This document shows positions 13,118-26,903 of a DNA stretch of 64,000 nucleotides, piece by piece. Source of the DNA: an uncultured Nitrospinota bacterium (GTDB taxonomy: Bacteria; Tectomicrobia; Entotheonellia; J063; CAVPRW01); NCBI GenBank assembly GCA_963707985.1, contig CAVPRW010000008.1, positions 1-64,000 on the forward strand. Reading direction: 5' to 3'. How positions within the stretch are numbered: position 1 is the first letter of the stretch; each line of letters begins with the position of its first letter. Under the pieces are notes generated by a model. The model was not told where the DNA came from, searched no databases, and saw nothing but the letters and a program-made list of their open reading frames with translations. The position numbers and the translations under genes are program-made.

Positions 13118-14029
13118 TCATTGAACGACGACGTTGGCGTCCACCCCAAGTTTGGCCTTCGCTTTCGACGCATCGCCGACCAGGATATCCACCTCGGCCG
13201 GTCGGAAAAGTTTTGGGTCCACAACGACATGTGGCTCGATCGGCAGTCCTACATAACCGAACGCTGTGTCCACAAGGTCTCGCACGCTATGACTGACACC
13301 GGTGGCGATGACATAGTCTTCGGGTTGATCCTGCTGCAGCATCAACCACATCGCCTCGACGAATCCTTCGGCAAATCCCCAATCCCGTCGCGCTTCCAGA
13401 TTGCCAAGTTTCAGGTGGTCGGCGAGGCCGAGCTTGATGCGTGCCACCCCATCGGTAACTTTGCGACTGATGAACTCCAAGCCTCGGCGCGGCGATTCAT
13501 GGTTGAAGCAGATCCCGGAGCAGGCAAAGATATCATAACTCTCACGGTAATTGATGGTGATCCAATGGGCGTAGATTTTGGCGACGCCGTATGGACTACG
13601 CGGATAAAATGGGGTCCTCTCGTTCTGCGGTGTTTCCTGCACTTTCCCGAACATCTCACTCGTGGAGGCTTGATAAAACTTGGCATCTGGCTTGTGCTTA
13701 CGAATCGCCTCGAGAATCCGCGTCACGCCGGTTCCGGTGACATCTGCCGTCAACACCGGCTGATTCCAGGAGGTGGGCACGAACGATTGGGAGGCAAGGT
13801 TGTAGACTTCATCGGGGGCGATCGTCTTGATCGCATCGTCAAGCGAGGATTGATCGGTGAGGTCGCCTTCGATGATTTCCACGCGGTCAAGAATATGCTG
13901 GATACGGTCAAAGCGCTGGAAGCTAGCCCGTCTGACCATGCCATAGACGCCATAGCCTTTTCCGAGGAGAAATTCTGCGAGATAGGAACCATCTTGCCCT
14001 GTAATACCCGTGATTAAGGCTTTCTTCAT
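13118..14029 (-). CDS. gmd: GDP-mannose 4,6-dehydratase (C-terminus probably frameshifted)
   Basis: [52 protein letters not shown]. Confidence 0.97.
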   Translation of the reverse strand: MKKALITGITGQDGSYLAEFLLGKGYGVYGMVRRASFQRFDRIQHILDRVEIIEGDLTDQSSLDDAIKTIAPDEVYNLASQSFVPTSWNQPVLTADVTGTGVTRILEAIRKHKPDAKFYQASTSEMFGKVQETPQNERTPFYPRSPYGVAKIYAHWITINYRESYDIFACSGICFNHESPRRGLEFISRKVTDGVARIKLGLADHLKLGNLEARRDWGFAEGFVEAMWLMLQQDQPEDYVIATGVSHSVRDLVDTAFGYVGLPIEPHVVVDPKLFRPAEVDILVGDASKAKAKLGVDANVVVQ

Positions 14030-14125
14030 GCCATCTTTCCTCTCTGGCACGCGCACGTCAGACGAAGGTTGGAATGATCCTCTGGCATGTCGCGGTGGGT
14101 TGGGATCATCGGCGATGCACCACGG

Positions 14126-15388
14126 TTACAGCACGGCGACCAACGGTTTAATCGCCCAGGAATGAGGGATATGGCACACTCCTACCTCCTGGAGGTCTGA
14201 TTTCACGGTGAAGGAGTAGAGCCCGTGGTGATAATCATACGGATAGCCATCCAGCGCATGCACAGCGACATCGAGATAGTATGTCCCCTCCACGAAATCC
14301 AAGCGTTCCAGGAGGACTTCAACATTCCCTTCCTCGCCCAGAGGCGGGAGAGGAATGTCGTCGACGGCGGTATTCGTGCCGTAGCACCTGAGACCGTCGC
14401 TGCGCATCAGAGCAATCCCAAACACCGTATCGGGCACAGGGCGATGCACTCTATAGTGGATGACCACCCGCACCGGATCACCGCTCTGATAGACATACCG
14501 CTCTTGCCCGGAGGTATGGAGCATTTTGACGGACACGATCTCGACTTCCCGGCTTCCCCATCGATTGGCGGTCTCGCCTTCTGGGGCTTGACTCACTTCC
14601 GCCGCGATTCGAATGTGTTCGGCAACGGCCACCTCGGCCTCCTGGGCGGCGACATGTTGGCGATAGAGATCGATCACCCGTTGGGGCATCCCCTGTTCCT
14701 GAACTCTCCCGTCTTCGAGCCAGACCACCGTATCGCACCAGCGACTCACCGTGCTCAAATCATGGCTCACCAAAATGATGGTTTTGCCACGGCGACGGAA
14801 GGCCGCCAGCTTATCGTAACACTTCTGAAAGAATCCTTCGTCGCCAACCGCCAGAATCTCATCGATGAGGAGAACGTCGGGGTCGGCATGGACGGCGACC
14901 GAGAACCCCAGGCGCATGTACATTCCCACCGAATAGGTCTTCACGGGCTCGTCGATGAATGCTTCCAGCTCGGCAAAGCGAATGATATCATCAAGTTGCT
15001 GTCGGACCTCGCGCTTGGAGAGACCCAGGACGATACCATTGATGAGGATGTTTTCCCGCCCACTAAACTCAGGATGGAAGCCAGCCCCAAGCTCTAGTAG
15101 TGCCCCGACTTTGCCCCGGACCACAATCTTGCCGTGATCGGGCCGATAAATGCCCGCGAGGAGCTTCAGCAGGGTGCTCTTCCCAGAGCCGTTGCGACCG
15201 ATGATCCCCAGGGTGTGCCCACTCGGGACCGCAAAGGTGACCTCTTGGAGGGCCTGGAATGTGGACGGTGACTCCGCGACCTTGCGTCCTCGGAGAAAAT
15301 CGACGATCGCCGACTTCAACGTCGTGGAGGGCTGGATGGTCTGCCGGCGGAATCGTTTCGAGACGCCCTCAACTTGCACGGCAACCAC
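14126..15388 (-). CDS. wzt: Polysaccharide ABC exporter ATPase with C-terminal Wzt_C carbohydrate-binding domain
   Basis: GRNGSGKST, YSVGMYMRLGFS, LLIDEILAVGD, VSHDL; C-terminal RWGSREVEI..GTNT..YDY domain. Confidence 0.95.
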   Translation of the reverse strand: MVAVQVEGVSKRFRRQTIQPSTTLKSAIVDFLRGRKVAESPSTFQALQEVTFAVPSGHTLGIIGRNGSGKSTLLKLLAGIYRPDHGKIVVRGKVGALLELGAGFHPEFSGRENILINGIVLGLSKREVRQQLDDIIRFAELEAFIDEPVKTYSVGMYMRLGFSVAVHADPDVLLIDEILAVGDEGFFQKCYDKLAAFRRRGKTIILVSHDLSTVSRWCDTVVWLEDGRVQEQGMPQRVIDLYRQHVAAQEAEVAVAEHIRIAAEVSQAPEGETANRWGSREVEIVSVKMLHTSGQERYVYQSGDPVRVVIHYRVHRPVPDTVFGIALMRSDGLRCYGTNTAVDDIPLPPLGEEGNVEVLLERLDFVEGTYYLDVAVHALDGYPYDYHHGLYSFTVKSDLQEVGVCHIPHSWAIKPLVAVL

Positions 15389-15391
15389 GCC

Positions 15392-16169
15392 TTACACCTC
15401 CTCCACCAGTGACCATCGGAGGCGCTCGAAGATCAACATGCCGACCAGCAACGTCACCGCCCCCAAGCCTATCATGACTCCGAATGTCTCCCATGAAACC
15501 AGCCTATTATACAGAAGAGCCTCCTGGTAGGCAACGAAGAATGGCGTCAACGGATTGAAGGATAAGAGGGCGCGAAAACGCTCTGGCACGCTGGTCACGG
15601 GGTAGATGATGGGTGTCAGGAAGAACCAAAACGTGAGCACGTGTCCTAAGATGGGCGGGATGTCTCGATAGCGGACGCTGACCGCCGAGATGATCAGCGT
15701 CAGCCCAAGCGTCAGGGCAAACTGCGTGGTCATAATGACCGGCAGGGCCAGGAGCGACCAGCCAAACGTCACCCCGAACAGCAGCAGCACGCCAAACAAT
15801 AATGGCAGGCTGAGCAGGAAGTTGATGAAGGTGGCGATGACGGTGACGGTCGGCAAGACTTGCGGCGGGAAGAACACCTTCTTGAGCATGCTACCGCCCT
15901 CAATAATGGTAGTCGTCCCCATGAAGAGCGCCGAGGAAAACCACGTCCATGGCAGGATGCCGCAGAGGAGAAAGGCCGGGTAGCGCTGCCATGTCGTTGC
16001 GAATATAGACCGAAAACACCAATGCATAAATCGCCATGTGAAACAGCGGATTGAGCAACGTCCACAGCAACCCTAGCGTTGAACCCCGATAGCGGGCTTT
16101 CAAGTCGCGCACCACTAAGGTTTGGATCAGACCACGATAGCGAATCATTTCCTGAAACGTCGTTCGCAT
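15392..16169 (-). CDS. wzm: Polysaccharide ABC exporter permease; one frameshift
   Basis: LVVRDLKARYRGSTLGLLWTLLNPL, YRDI, FFLTPIIYP, NPLT. Confidence 0.93.
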
Positions 16170-16315
16170 CGAAGTGCGTGCCTCCAGAGGCCATCCGGCC
16201 TCATACACTTTGCTCACTTCTCAACCGGGGGTGACAGGATCGCAAAAGCCGAATTTCACGCCTTGACGGGCTGATCTTGTCCCCCAAGTACCACCCAGAG
16301 GCTACAGCCCACCTG

Positions 16316-18049
16316 CTAACAAATGACCGACCGTAGGACGAGCGCCTGTGCTAGTATAACGGGTTTTACTGGGGGCCACGCTCTCGGCTGTCCCCTCACA
16401 CTGGCGGATCTCATATGACCGCTGACTGCATACCATTGGATAACATTAGAAGAGGACCCGTGTTGTCGTGAAGCATCCAGGCCAAATGGCGAATCAATAA
16501 CGATCTTCTTGAGGTGTAGATAGGCGAGCCTAACCTTGGTGATGAGTTGCTTTGCATAATAAATGGGGGGACTGTCTATCCAGGACCAGAGGCGCTCGTG
16601 CGTGTAATCTACGTTGGTTGGGGTGTAGTTCCAGCTCCCGTCGCCGAAGGCCCCTAGGACATGGGCACTCACCGATAGCCCACACAAACCGAGCAGCACG
16701 CACTTTAATGCCCTTCTTCCCTCAGCCCTTTCGAACGGCTGACACAGGTAAAGACACAAAATTGGGGTAAGATCGGCCATCAACCGCGGGCCATAGCTAT
16801 GGCCACCCCACCAGCTCGCCCATTTAGCCGCCACAATCAGCGAGAGGAAGGGAGCCAGGCATAGATACTTGAGCAGGAGATGACCCGATTCCCTCCATAC
16901 CATGACCATCCCAACACATGAGACGACGAAGACAGGAGAATAGATCAACAAGCCCCTGCCTGGACTCACCAAAATTCCCATCAGTCCCTCCAGAAGAGGC
17001 GTGCTGAAAATATCGGATGAAGCCCTCAGAAACGAGGCAGGACTGACGGCGCTGGCTATGAACCCTGTCGTGAAGGGAGAACCAAAATACTGGGTATTGT
17101 ATGCCGCAAACATCAGAAACGGAGGAAGGGTCGCCAGGAGGAAAGCCATGCACTGACGACGCCGCTCCACCAACATGTACACCATGATCGGAAGAGCGAT
17201 CACAATGTTTGCTGGACGACAGTTGATGGCCATAGCCAAGGCACAACCTGCGTAAGCGGCATACTTCATTCCCTCCCGCGCCCGAACCAGTGTATAGAGG
17301 GTCAGGGACAAGAACAATTGACTTGGCCCGTGCTGGAAGAGCGCCTGGCTACTCGTACTCAAGCTACTCGTTCCCACTGCATAGACCAAAGAAATGACCC
17401 AGGCAATGTGCTCGTGGGTCAGTCGCCGGAGGGTGTATAAGAGGACGATCACCGACAACGCAGTGATCAAAGTGGCGGAGATTTTCTCCAACTCAGGAAG
17501 GAGATGCGACTGGGGGGTGAGACCGCCCCAAGTGGGAAGTAGATAGACCGGTAGGGCGAGGACAGCCGGCCATGGGGGATAAGTTGAGATGATACGCCCG
17601 TGATGGATTGGAGAAAATATGGCATCTGGGGTTCATACAAAAATGGAAATTCGTCAAGATCGAAATCGAACTCTCGCAGCCAAACTCAAAGGCAGATAGC
17701 GGGCGGGAAAGGTATCGCCAGACCAGGCGGTCGTTCCATTCAGGCTGTATATAAAGACGACACCGAGAAATAGCAGGCGCGGGGATCTCAGACTTGTGGC
17801 AGCCGATATTCCCATCCTTCCGTCGCGGAGCCATGACTTTACCATGATAAGTATGAGTAGGAGGAGCAGAGGATTTCGCAGATGGTGGGTACCCGTGGTG
17901 AAGGAGCCGATAGTCAATCGGTATCCTCCCACGATTAAGACGGCGCAGAGGTTTACAGCCCCTAAGAAGAGGAGACCGGCGACCAGTTTTTCTGTGATGG
18001 CCCCCCCAGTATTTGGTCAAGTCGTTTTCGAGATCGTACAATTTGCCAT
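16316..18049 (-). CDS. Multi-pass membrane protein, putative GT-C glycosyltransferase; frameshifted
   Basis: SGDTFPARYLP, STSSQALFQHGPSQ, SPGRGLLIYSP, WWGGHSYGPR. Confidence 0.7.
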
Positions 18050-18221
18050 TGGGGCCACCCTGATACCCGACCCATCGCCAACGGCCATATAGGCGTGCCT
18101 AGCAATGACACAGGGAGAGACAGACCGACGGCCAAGGGGTGTTTGATTCAATTGCATTCCTCGGTGCGCCCAGTCTCCTCCAATACCTTAGCGGCCTCTG
18201 GGCATACGATTTCGAGGGAAA

Positions 18222-20427
18222 TCAGGTTCGCTGCTTGTATCCAAGAAGCACAATCGATGTAAGCTCAACGGAATAAAACCCCAAACTTGTGCCACGTGTA
18301 TCAGCATCTCCAACATATGTTTCGTTTGGTCTAGTACTCTCTGGTGCAAGGTCAAAAGTGATAGTGTTGAAGTCATGGCGTAACCCAAATACTGCCTCTG
18401 TGATCATTCCTGACTTGAAGGGTAATTCTTTAGTGGATGAATTATTCAAAGAGACTCTCAATTTCCCTTCATTTCCAAGGCGTCCATGCACATTCATCGC
18501 AAATGGATTAAGAGAAATCTTTATATACGTGGCATGCTCTGTATACACTAAAATTTTTCCAGGTGTCCGCATCCAATGGATATTTGCCCATTCCTCAAAA
18601 TTGGACCAATTAGCTTCCACCACAGCCACCCCTAATCCTGGAGAAACCGTTATCCCGCTTGGCATAGAGCTCTGGTGCATATCGGCAAAAGTAAATGTGC
18701 TGTCTAGCATAAATCCAGAATCTAGACTATTCTTTCTGAGATGTAGAGTCGGTCGATGATATGGTGTACATGGAATAGGAATATCCCAACACTGATCAGT
18801 CTTTGTCGGCAAATTGAGGTTGGTCAAATTGTTTAGTGAGACTGTTATATATTCAGGTGTTGGGAAATGGTAGAAGGGACCATCTTTCTGATTAGGAAAA
18901 ATAAATAGCGAACCATATGATGGAAACAAATAAACAAAAAATGACAAACAGATCAGGTATTCGAGGGTTCTCGTAGTTTTGGAGCTTTGCAAGCCAATGT
19001 TATCGATAGCCAGGGCCGCGAACCCTGCCCCAAAAATCCAAAAGCATGCTCCTGAAAATCGAGGATCCGGTGCTGAAAAAAACCAGAAAATGACCGAGAT
19101 GCACGATGGTCGCCAAAATTGCTAGATAGATGTGATTCCGCTGTGGAGAGTTACGCATAATTCTTGGTATGGTTATTAGATACAAGATTAGCGCTAGCAG
19201 TCCTGTGATGAGAGGTTTCGTGTATTCAGAGGGAAAATTTTTAAGCCATGGCCGAAGCCAATTCCAGTTGTCTAACACGTCGGTCCAAAAGACCCCTGGG
19301 GCGCGCGGCCAGCTACGAACCCAGTTTGTCACACTGAGGGCTAATGGCCTTGGAACTCTCCACGTTACAGGCACACTACCCAAGGTGTAGGGGAAGACAA
19401 TGTAGCCACTTAGGATGACACCGCGTACTATCCATAGGCTCAGCAAAGTCCCATTCAGTAATAAGATCCAACAGAGTGTTTTCTTCATGCCTTTCTGATC
19501 TTGCTTAAAGTACTTAGAAAACCATGCGGCAAGTACGACGACAAGTGTAGAACCACCGAGAGGAGCAAAGTTAAGCTTTATCGTCATACCAACGGTGCAT
19601 AGAATAGTAATGTAAAAGACATCGTAATATTTTTTATACGTAATCATTATCGTAATTAATGAAAAAATAATAGACTCTCGATGAAAGTAAAACACCTAGG
19701 ATAAATATCGCAATATCTGGTGTGAGGCTCGAAAAGTGTGGATGAAACATTTGCCCAAGAGTTGGTGCTAAGAGTAAGACGTTAAAGATATGGTAAGAAC
19801 GATATTGGTGATATCCTGATATAATTTTATGTAAACTCAGAAAAAGTTGTACCAAGAGGACTAACAAAAGAAGTCCATTTGCAAGGTAGATGCGATTTCT
19901 GTACCCATGGTCCTACCCCAAGCATTGCTGCATATAGGAAAAAAGTACTATTGAATGCCAGCCGTTCATGAAGGTTCCCCAACCCGGGCACGATTGGGTA
20001 GGAAGCGGCCCATGTGACGGCCCCCATATGATAGAGTCCGGTATCTCCATTCTGTATTGGACCAATGGCTCGATTCGCCATCCATAAAGCCATAAGTAGG
20101 ACGACAATCGCGAGCCAAAGGTTTTGCCTGAGGCCTGCTCGCATTGCTGGCCATAAATCCCTCCTATTCCACAGAAGCCCCCCAGTACCTAGGGCAACAA
20201 TAACAGCAAAGGCCCAGACATCAATCTTCAGCCACAGGTGCCAGATCTGCAGAATCAGAATGGCAAAGGCCCAACCACTCCAAAAGCTCAGTATCCACGT
20301 CTCTACAGCTTTGGACTGGCAATCCAAAAGCCCGCCGACCCAGGAGGCCAAGGCCGCTTAGGACAGCGAATAAACCGCACCACCACACCGCTATTGCTAT
20401 GATGACCGCGATGAATTCTGTCATCAT
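18222..20427 (-). CDS. LIC_10190-like multi-pass membrane protein, AT-rich; frameshifted
   Basis: DTGLYH, PGLGNLHERLAFNS, SSLTPD, ILSGYIVFP, DQCWDIPIPCTP. Confidence 0.7.
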
Positions 20428-20515
20428 GAACGCCGCCGATAACCATTTTGGGAGGGATTGGTCAATGTGGTTCCGTGGTCGACTGCTGCCTGAGGGCTAA
20501 GACGGCATGCGCCGC

Positions 20516-22390
20516 CTACTCCTTCCGCGCCACGTAATAGCAAAATACCAATGTGGGGTCAGCGCGACTGTCTTCCTCTGCCTCGATGACGTGTGCGCCT
20601 GCTTCCTCCAGCACCTTGGCGACCTCGGTATAGGGCGTCTCGCACATCAGCATGAGCGGTTCTTGCGCGCGCCAGAACTCCTCGGGCACGTCTGCCTGAT
20701 CGACAGGCTCACCGGACCCTGCCTGCTGCCGACGATCTGGTATCTGGAACACCATGACCCCACCCGGTTTGGTCACGCGAGCGAATTCTGCAATGTAGCC
20801 CAAAGCCAGTTGCTGGGGCATATGTTGCAGGACCAGCCACGAATACACCAGGTCAAATGTATTCGCCTTGAACAGTCGCAAATCGGGCCTATTATTGAGA
20901 TGGTAGATGCACCGTTCCCCACACTTGTTTAATTCTTGAGCTTTGGCAATCATCGAAGCGGCAATATCCACGCCATGCACTTCTCGGAAATGCTCGGCCA
21001 GAGCCTGTGTGAGTCGTCCAGGTCCGCACCCGAAGTCAAGCGCTTTCTCAAAGTTCAAGTTGATGCCAAGTGCGGTGATTCTCTGCAGCGCGGCCTGAAT
21101 GCCGTGTCGGCCGGTTTCAAAAAATTCCGCCTCGCCCCACCGGTCGCCCTTTTTGTCGGGGTTCGTCAGGACCGCCCAGAAGGGGTCTTCCCTCCCAAAT
21201 TGATCCCACGATTGTCGGATCTTACGCCCGATCCTCGCGGCTCGCGCCTCCTCGGAGTACTCCGGGCATACTTCCTCATACACCGCCAGCGTCTCCTCGG
21301 CCGTCTGCTCCCATGAAAAGAGTTTTGCCCGGGCGAGACTCTGCTGTCGCATGCTTGCGCGCAGCTCGTGGTCGCACAACACCCTCTCCATCGCCTGGCA
21401 CAATGCTTCACCACTATGCGGATCGATCAACAGCGCGGCGTCCCCCACAACTTCAGGGAGCGCGGACGTGTTCGAGGTGATCACCGGCGCGCCGCAGGCC
21501 ATGGCCTCCAGGGGGGGCAGACCAAACCCCTCATAAATCGACGGATAGACAAAGAGCTTGGCGGCACTGTACAGCACCCGGAGGTCGGCCTCTTGCACGT
21601 AGCCCAAAAATTTCACGCGCTCAGCTATGCCTCGCTCGGCAGCGACCTGTGAGAGATCGTCATTGAGCCATCCCTTGCCCCCGGCGACGACTAACAACTC
21701 CTCACCTGCATGGCGCGTCACATAGGTCGCGTAAGCTTGCAGTAGCGTCTTGAGGTTCTTGCGGGGTTCAAGCGAGCCCACGAAGAGGATGAAATTATGA
21801 AAAACTCCGAGGCGCTCCAGCGCACCGCGAATGACCTCGACGTCGTGCTCTGGATAATAGATCCTCCTATGTGCCGGATGGATCACGCGAATACGCTCTT
21901 CCGGTATGGAAAAGTAGTCCATGAGGTCGGTTTTGGTCTGCTGTGAAATCACGATAATACGATCGGCATAGAGCGCGGCGTTCAGCGTGCCTTGGAGACA
22001 GTGCAACCGATTGGCTTCGGTATGAAACTGAGGCTGCAGCAAGAATGAGACATCGTAGATCGTCACCACGAGTGCTCCATGGTGCTCTTTGGGAGCATTG
22101 AAAAAGGGGCTGTGGACAACATCAACAACATCGAGGGCCTGCTTAGGAGGGAGGTCTGCTCTAGACCACATGCGTTCCCAATGTTCCCCATCGAGTTGTA
22201 GCATCTGCGAGAAAAAATTTGACTGCTGTGGGAAGGTTGGTTGCGGAGACTGGGGGCAGTCGAGATATGAATATAAGATGTATTCGTTGTGGGGATCGAT
22301 GGCCGCGAGGCCTTCTAACAGTCCTCGGGTATAGGAGCCGACCCCGGCGCTTTCGCCGATTGCCAAGCTGACGTCGATGGCGATCTTCAT
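20516..22390 (-). CDS. GT4 glycosyltransferase - SAM methyltransferase fusion (intact, 624 aa)
   Basis: [25 protein letters not shown]-terminal [32 protein letters not shown]. Confidence 0.93.
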   Translation of the reverse strand: MKIAIDVSLAIGESAGVGSYTRGLLEGLAAIDPHNEYILYSYLDCPQSPQPTFPQQSNFFSQMLQLDGEHWERMWSRADLPPKQALDVVDVVHSPFFNAPKEHHGALVVTIYDVSFLLQPQFHTEANRLHCLQGTLNAALYADRIIVISQQTKTDLMDYFSIPEERIRVIHPAHRRIYYPEHDVEVIRGALERLGVFHNFILFVGSLEPRKNLKTLLQAYATYVTRHAGEELLVVAGGKGWLNDDLSQVAAERGIAERVKFLGYVQEADLRVLYSAAKLFVYPSIYEGFGLPPLEAMACGAPVITSNTSALPEVVGDAALLIDPHSGEALCQAMERVLCDHELRASMRQQSLARAKLFSWEQTAEETLAVYEEVCPEYSEEARAARIGRKIRQSWDQFGREDPFWAVLTNPDKKGDRWGEAEFFETGRHGIQAALQRITALGINLNFEKALDFGCGPGRLTQALAEHFREVHGVDIAASMIAKAQELNKCGERCIYHLNNRPDLRLFKANTFDLVYSWLVLQHMPQQLALGYIAEFARVTKPGGVMVFQIPDRRQQAGSGEPVDQADVPEEFWRAQEPLMLMCETPYTEVAKVLEEAGAHVIEAEEDSRADPTLVFCYYVARKE

Positions 22391-22394
22391 AGGC

Positions 22395-23759
22395 TCAACG
22401 ATGGCGGCTCGGCGACCTGAAAGGGATGTTGATCAGATCACCCCAAAGAGTCCGAGCGGTTTGCCAAAGCTCCTTGAAATAGAAGCGGTGGTTGACAACC
22501 ATGGACTTTACCAGGCTAATCACCGGCAGAGCCATGGCAAAAAGCCAGTTGATATGCCTCGCATAGACAATGCGCTCGCGTCCCCGCGCGTCGATGAAGG
22601 ATAGTCTCTTGATACGATAAGAAAGCGTGCGTGTGTCGCCCTTGGTACCGACTAGATGGGGAATGAAGGATTTTTCAGCATACAACTTGACCTCCGAGGT
22701 CTCCATTGACTGGGAAGCCGCCCCGTTTTGGCCTAACCAGGCTCTGATGACAAATTCTCTCTCGTCGATGACAGTCCTCTGCAGTACGTGATTGCCGGCG
22801 GAAACCAGCAGGGGCAGTGGGTATGCCTGCACCGAGCATATCCCTTGTAGCGACAGATACGCCTGCCTCTGCCAATCAGGCGGTAGGGCAACCTTCACAC
22901 GCGGAGATGCCCAACCATCCGCATAAATCCCCTCCATTTTCCCCAGCAACTTCTCGGTCAAGTATACATGCGCGTAAGCGTTGATCCAACGCAGCGGTAC
23001 TTGTCCATAGTGTCGCTTGACCACCTGCAGGGTCTCCTGGTGGACCTCCACTCGTTTAGAGAGGGTTTTGGTATCGAGATGCAGGCGGGAGTTGGCGAGA
23101 AACGCTTCGAGGTACCCGATGCGAAATCGCTTGGCAATACGCATCCAATACTCATAATCCATGCAATAGTCTAAGCTGACATCAAGCGGCCCCACCGTTC
23201 TGATGACTTCGGCCCGAAGAAACACGGTCGGCTGGCAGATAAAACAGACCTCGCTGAGGTGCTTATAATCGAAAGGTTCGGTATAGTAGCGCTCGATGAG
23301 ATCACCATCTGCATCGATATGGTACCCCTCACCGTAAAGCATTCCGACCTCTGGATGAGCTGCTAAATAGCACACAGATTTCTGGATGGCCCCCGGCAAA
23401 TAGGTGTCATCCGAGTTCAACCAGGCCAAAATCTCACCCTTGGCCATGTGGAAGCCTTTGTTGATGGCATCCGCTTGCCCGCGGTCCTTCTCCGAGATCC
23501 AGGTGAGCTGCTCCTCGTACTTCTTGAGGATTTCTACGGTGTTATCGTTGGAGCCACCGTCGACTACAATATATTCCAAGTTAGGATAGTCCTGATTGAG
23601 GACGCTTAGAATAGTTTCTTCGATGTAACGGCCCTGATTATACGAGGGTGTTACAATCGAAACCAACGGGCCTCTTTTCACCGCCGTGATTCCCATACGT
23701 GAGCTCACCGATGCCGCGCCATGTCGTGCTGTGGTGTCGCCGATTGGTATACGGTTCAT
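22395..23759 (-). CDS. GT2 glycosyltransferase with C-terminal extra domain
   Basis: VSIVTPSYNQG, VDGGS, WLNSDD, MDYE. Confidence 0.93.
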   Translation of the reverse strand: MNRIPIGDTTARHGAASVSSRMGITAVKRGPLVSIVTPSYNQGRYIEETILSVLNQDYPNLEYIVVDGGSNDNTVEILKKYEEQLTWISEKDRGQADAINKGFHMAKGEILAWLNSDDTYLPGAIQKSVCYLAAHPEVGMLYGEGYHIDADGDLIERYYTEPFDYKHLSEVCFICQPTVFLRAEVIRTVGPLDVSLDYCMDYEYWMRIAKRFRIGYLEAFLANSRLHLDTKTLSKRVEVHQETLQVVKRHYGQVPLRWINAYAHVYLTEKLLGKMEGIYADGWASPRVKVALPPDWQRQAYLSLQGICSVQAYPLPLLVSAGNHVLQRTVIDEREFVIRAWLGQNGAASQSMETSEVKLYAEKSFIPHLVGTKGDTRTLSYRIKRLSFIDARGRERIVYARHINWLFAMALPVISLVKSMVVNHRFYFKELWQTARTLWGDLINIPFRSPSRHR

Positions 23760-25390
23760 GAGGCCCAGGGGGGGCGATAGAGAGGTATGTCAGGGCCATA
23801 CGCCCAGATGAGCGAAAGATTCTCAATCTGATAGGCCAGTCTACGAGTATCCAGGCTCTTTGCATTAGCTGAAGGGACAAAATCCTTGCCGGCGATGAGC
23901 TCGATTTTCACCTCTGACGTTGCCCTGCGAGACTGGAGGAACTCTCCAACGAAAGTAAACTTCCCAGGGTTGGCGATCGACTGCTCCCGCACGTGCCGCC
24001 CATCGACCTTCATCCGCAGGGCCAGAGGATAGGAGAGGTGATTCGAGTAGCCTTCGATTTTCAGGGCTTTCATCCCTGGCAGATAGGGAAGATAGAGCCG
24101 TACTCTGCGGACGGCCCATCCGTCGCGATAGATTCCTTCGATCCGATACCTCGGTGCACGCGCCACCGGCCGGACGGCTATGCTTTGGGCACGAGCCCAC
24201 TCAAAAACCTGCAGCGTCTCATCGGCCACCCTCTCCCAGGAGAAGTGTGTGGCTCGTTCTCGACCACGCGCGATCAAGGTCTGCCGCAGATCATCGTCTG
24301 TCAGCAATTGAAAGCAGGCGGTGGCGATGGAGTCTGGTTGTCGTGGGTCAAACAGCAGGGCAGCGTCGCCGACGACTTCAGGGATACTCGTGGTATTCGC
24401 CGCTGCAATCGGACAACCAAGTGTCATAGCCTCCACTAGAGGGATCCCGAACCCCTCGAACAGCGATGGACAGAGGAGCAAGGCAGCGCCTCGGTACAGC
24501 CCTGGCAGGTCGTCCGCAGGCACATATCCAAGATTGTGTATGTTCTCATGCAGGTGAAAATGCCGGGCTACGGTTTCAAGTTCCCTCCATTGCCCCAAGT
24601 CGTCACCGGTCAAGACAAGCGACAGCGACATCCCGTACACCTGCCGCAACCGATGCAGGGCCAGGAGGAGCAGATGATGATTCTTGTGCGGCCACATGTT
24701 CGCAGGATAGAAGGCGTAGCGTCCAGGCAGATGATACTTGGGCCGGAGCTCCTCCACCGTTCGCAAGCTGCCAGGATCGTCAATCTGTTCCACACCCGCT
24801 TCATAGACGCAATGAACCTTCTCTGGCACGAGACTATACTTCTCAACCATGCACCGCTTGGAGAACTCCGAGACCGCGATGATCGCAGTAGCCTCTTGGC
24901 ACGACGGACTATACATCAAGGCTCGCGCTTGTAACTCCTCACGGGTAAAGAATTCGGGATAGTACTCCTGCTGAATATCCGCGATGGTGACCACCGTGGG
25001 AATGGGCAGGTGGCGGGGGTCCAAATTCGTCATTGGACAGAACCACAGATCAAGCCTCAAACGACGCACCCAGGCGTGGAGATCAAGAGAGGGAGCTGCC
25101 GCCCAACGCCGGAGAAGCGGCAGAGCACCCAGACGTGGGTATCGCGCCAACCCATCGATTCCCCCTGTGGGATCGTCTCTGTCTGGTTCCTCCTTGTGCA
25201 CGGCCATGATTTTCTGAAACCGCTTGTGCGGGAAGATCGACAGAGTCGTCATTCCACCACGCGGTGAAGAGGAAATATTGATTGCGTCGATCACACATCA
25301 GCAAGCTGTTTCAACAGCCTGCGGACGTAGAATCTCATGCCCACCCATCTGGCCTGACCGAAGTGGAATGAGGTTGACGCCGATTCGCAT
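23756..25390 (-). CDS. GT4 glycosyltransferase with C-terminal extra domain; N-terminal frameshift
   Basis: Start MRIGVNLIPLRSGQMGGHE at 25390; YPANMWPHKNH, FEGFGIPLVEAM. Confidence 0.9.
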
Positions 25391-25448
25391 GCGTTGACGA
25401 CCTCTCGCTGCGGTGTCCCGACCCTTCGTCAGACGATAGGACCGACGC

Positions 25449-26438
<990 letters not shown>

Positions 26439-26493
26439 TCACGCGTCATGTGGAGGCTCACCAGTGCGTCGTCCTGCGACATCTTGACCGCCT

Positions 26494-26523
26494 ATCATAC
26501 ACTGTCTCCCCGCTCCTTGCCTA
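26494..26523 (-). promoter_or_regulatory. Putative sigma70 promoter upstream of fcl copy 1 (TAGGCA-18-TATGAT)
   Basis: Motif and 18-bp spacing conserved upstream of all three fcl copies (also 39733-39762 and 48076-48105). Confidence 0.45.
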
Positions 26524-26903
26524 GTCTCTCAGGCGAGAAAAATCTCCGTGACACCACTTCGCCCTCGCCATACCTCCCTGCCCCAGACACTTTCCTCCTG
26601 GACAAACGCGCCACTCGATTGCCGTTCACCTATCACACCAGTGGCATACTTGCCTTTACGCGCTCAGGTCGGCAGCTGCCGTCGCTGGGCTTCTTATTGG
26701 CTATGCCCAAACGGTGAGGACCCACATTCGCACAAGTTCAGGAATCGCGACCAGTGGCAGCATGAGAACATCTCCATGGAGATGGCTCGCACGCCAGTCT
26801 CCTCCCGAAGGCATTCGACAGGGTTGCCCACCTTCCGGCGACCTCCACCGCCGTGGATGGCTGCGAAAGTCGAGTCATTGGGAGCTACTCTATCATCCGG
26901 GTT

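Noticed and set aside
13055..15097. Long plus-strand ORFs (13055-14017, 14225-15097; likewise 25944-26717)
   Set aside because: Antisense shadows of gmd, wzt and fcl with no recognisable protein features.
15885..15900. ops/JUMPstart-like GGCGGTAG motifs
   Set aside because: The occurrences noticed are inside coding or remnant sequence, not in operon leaders.
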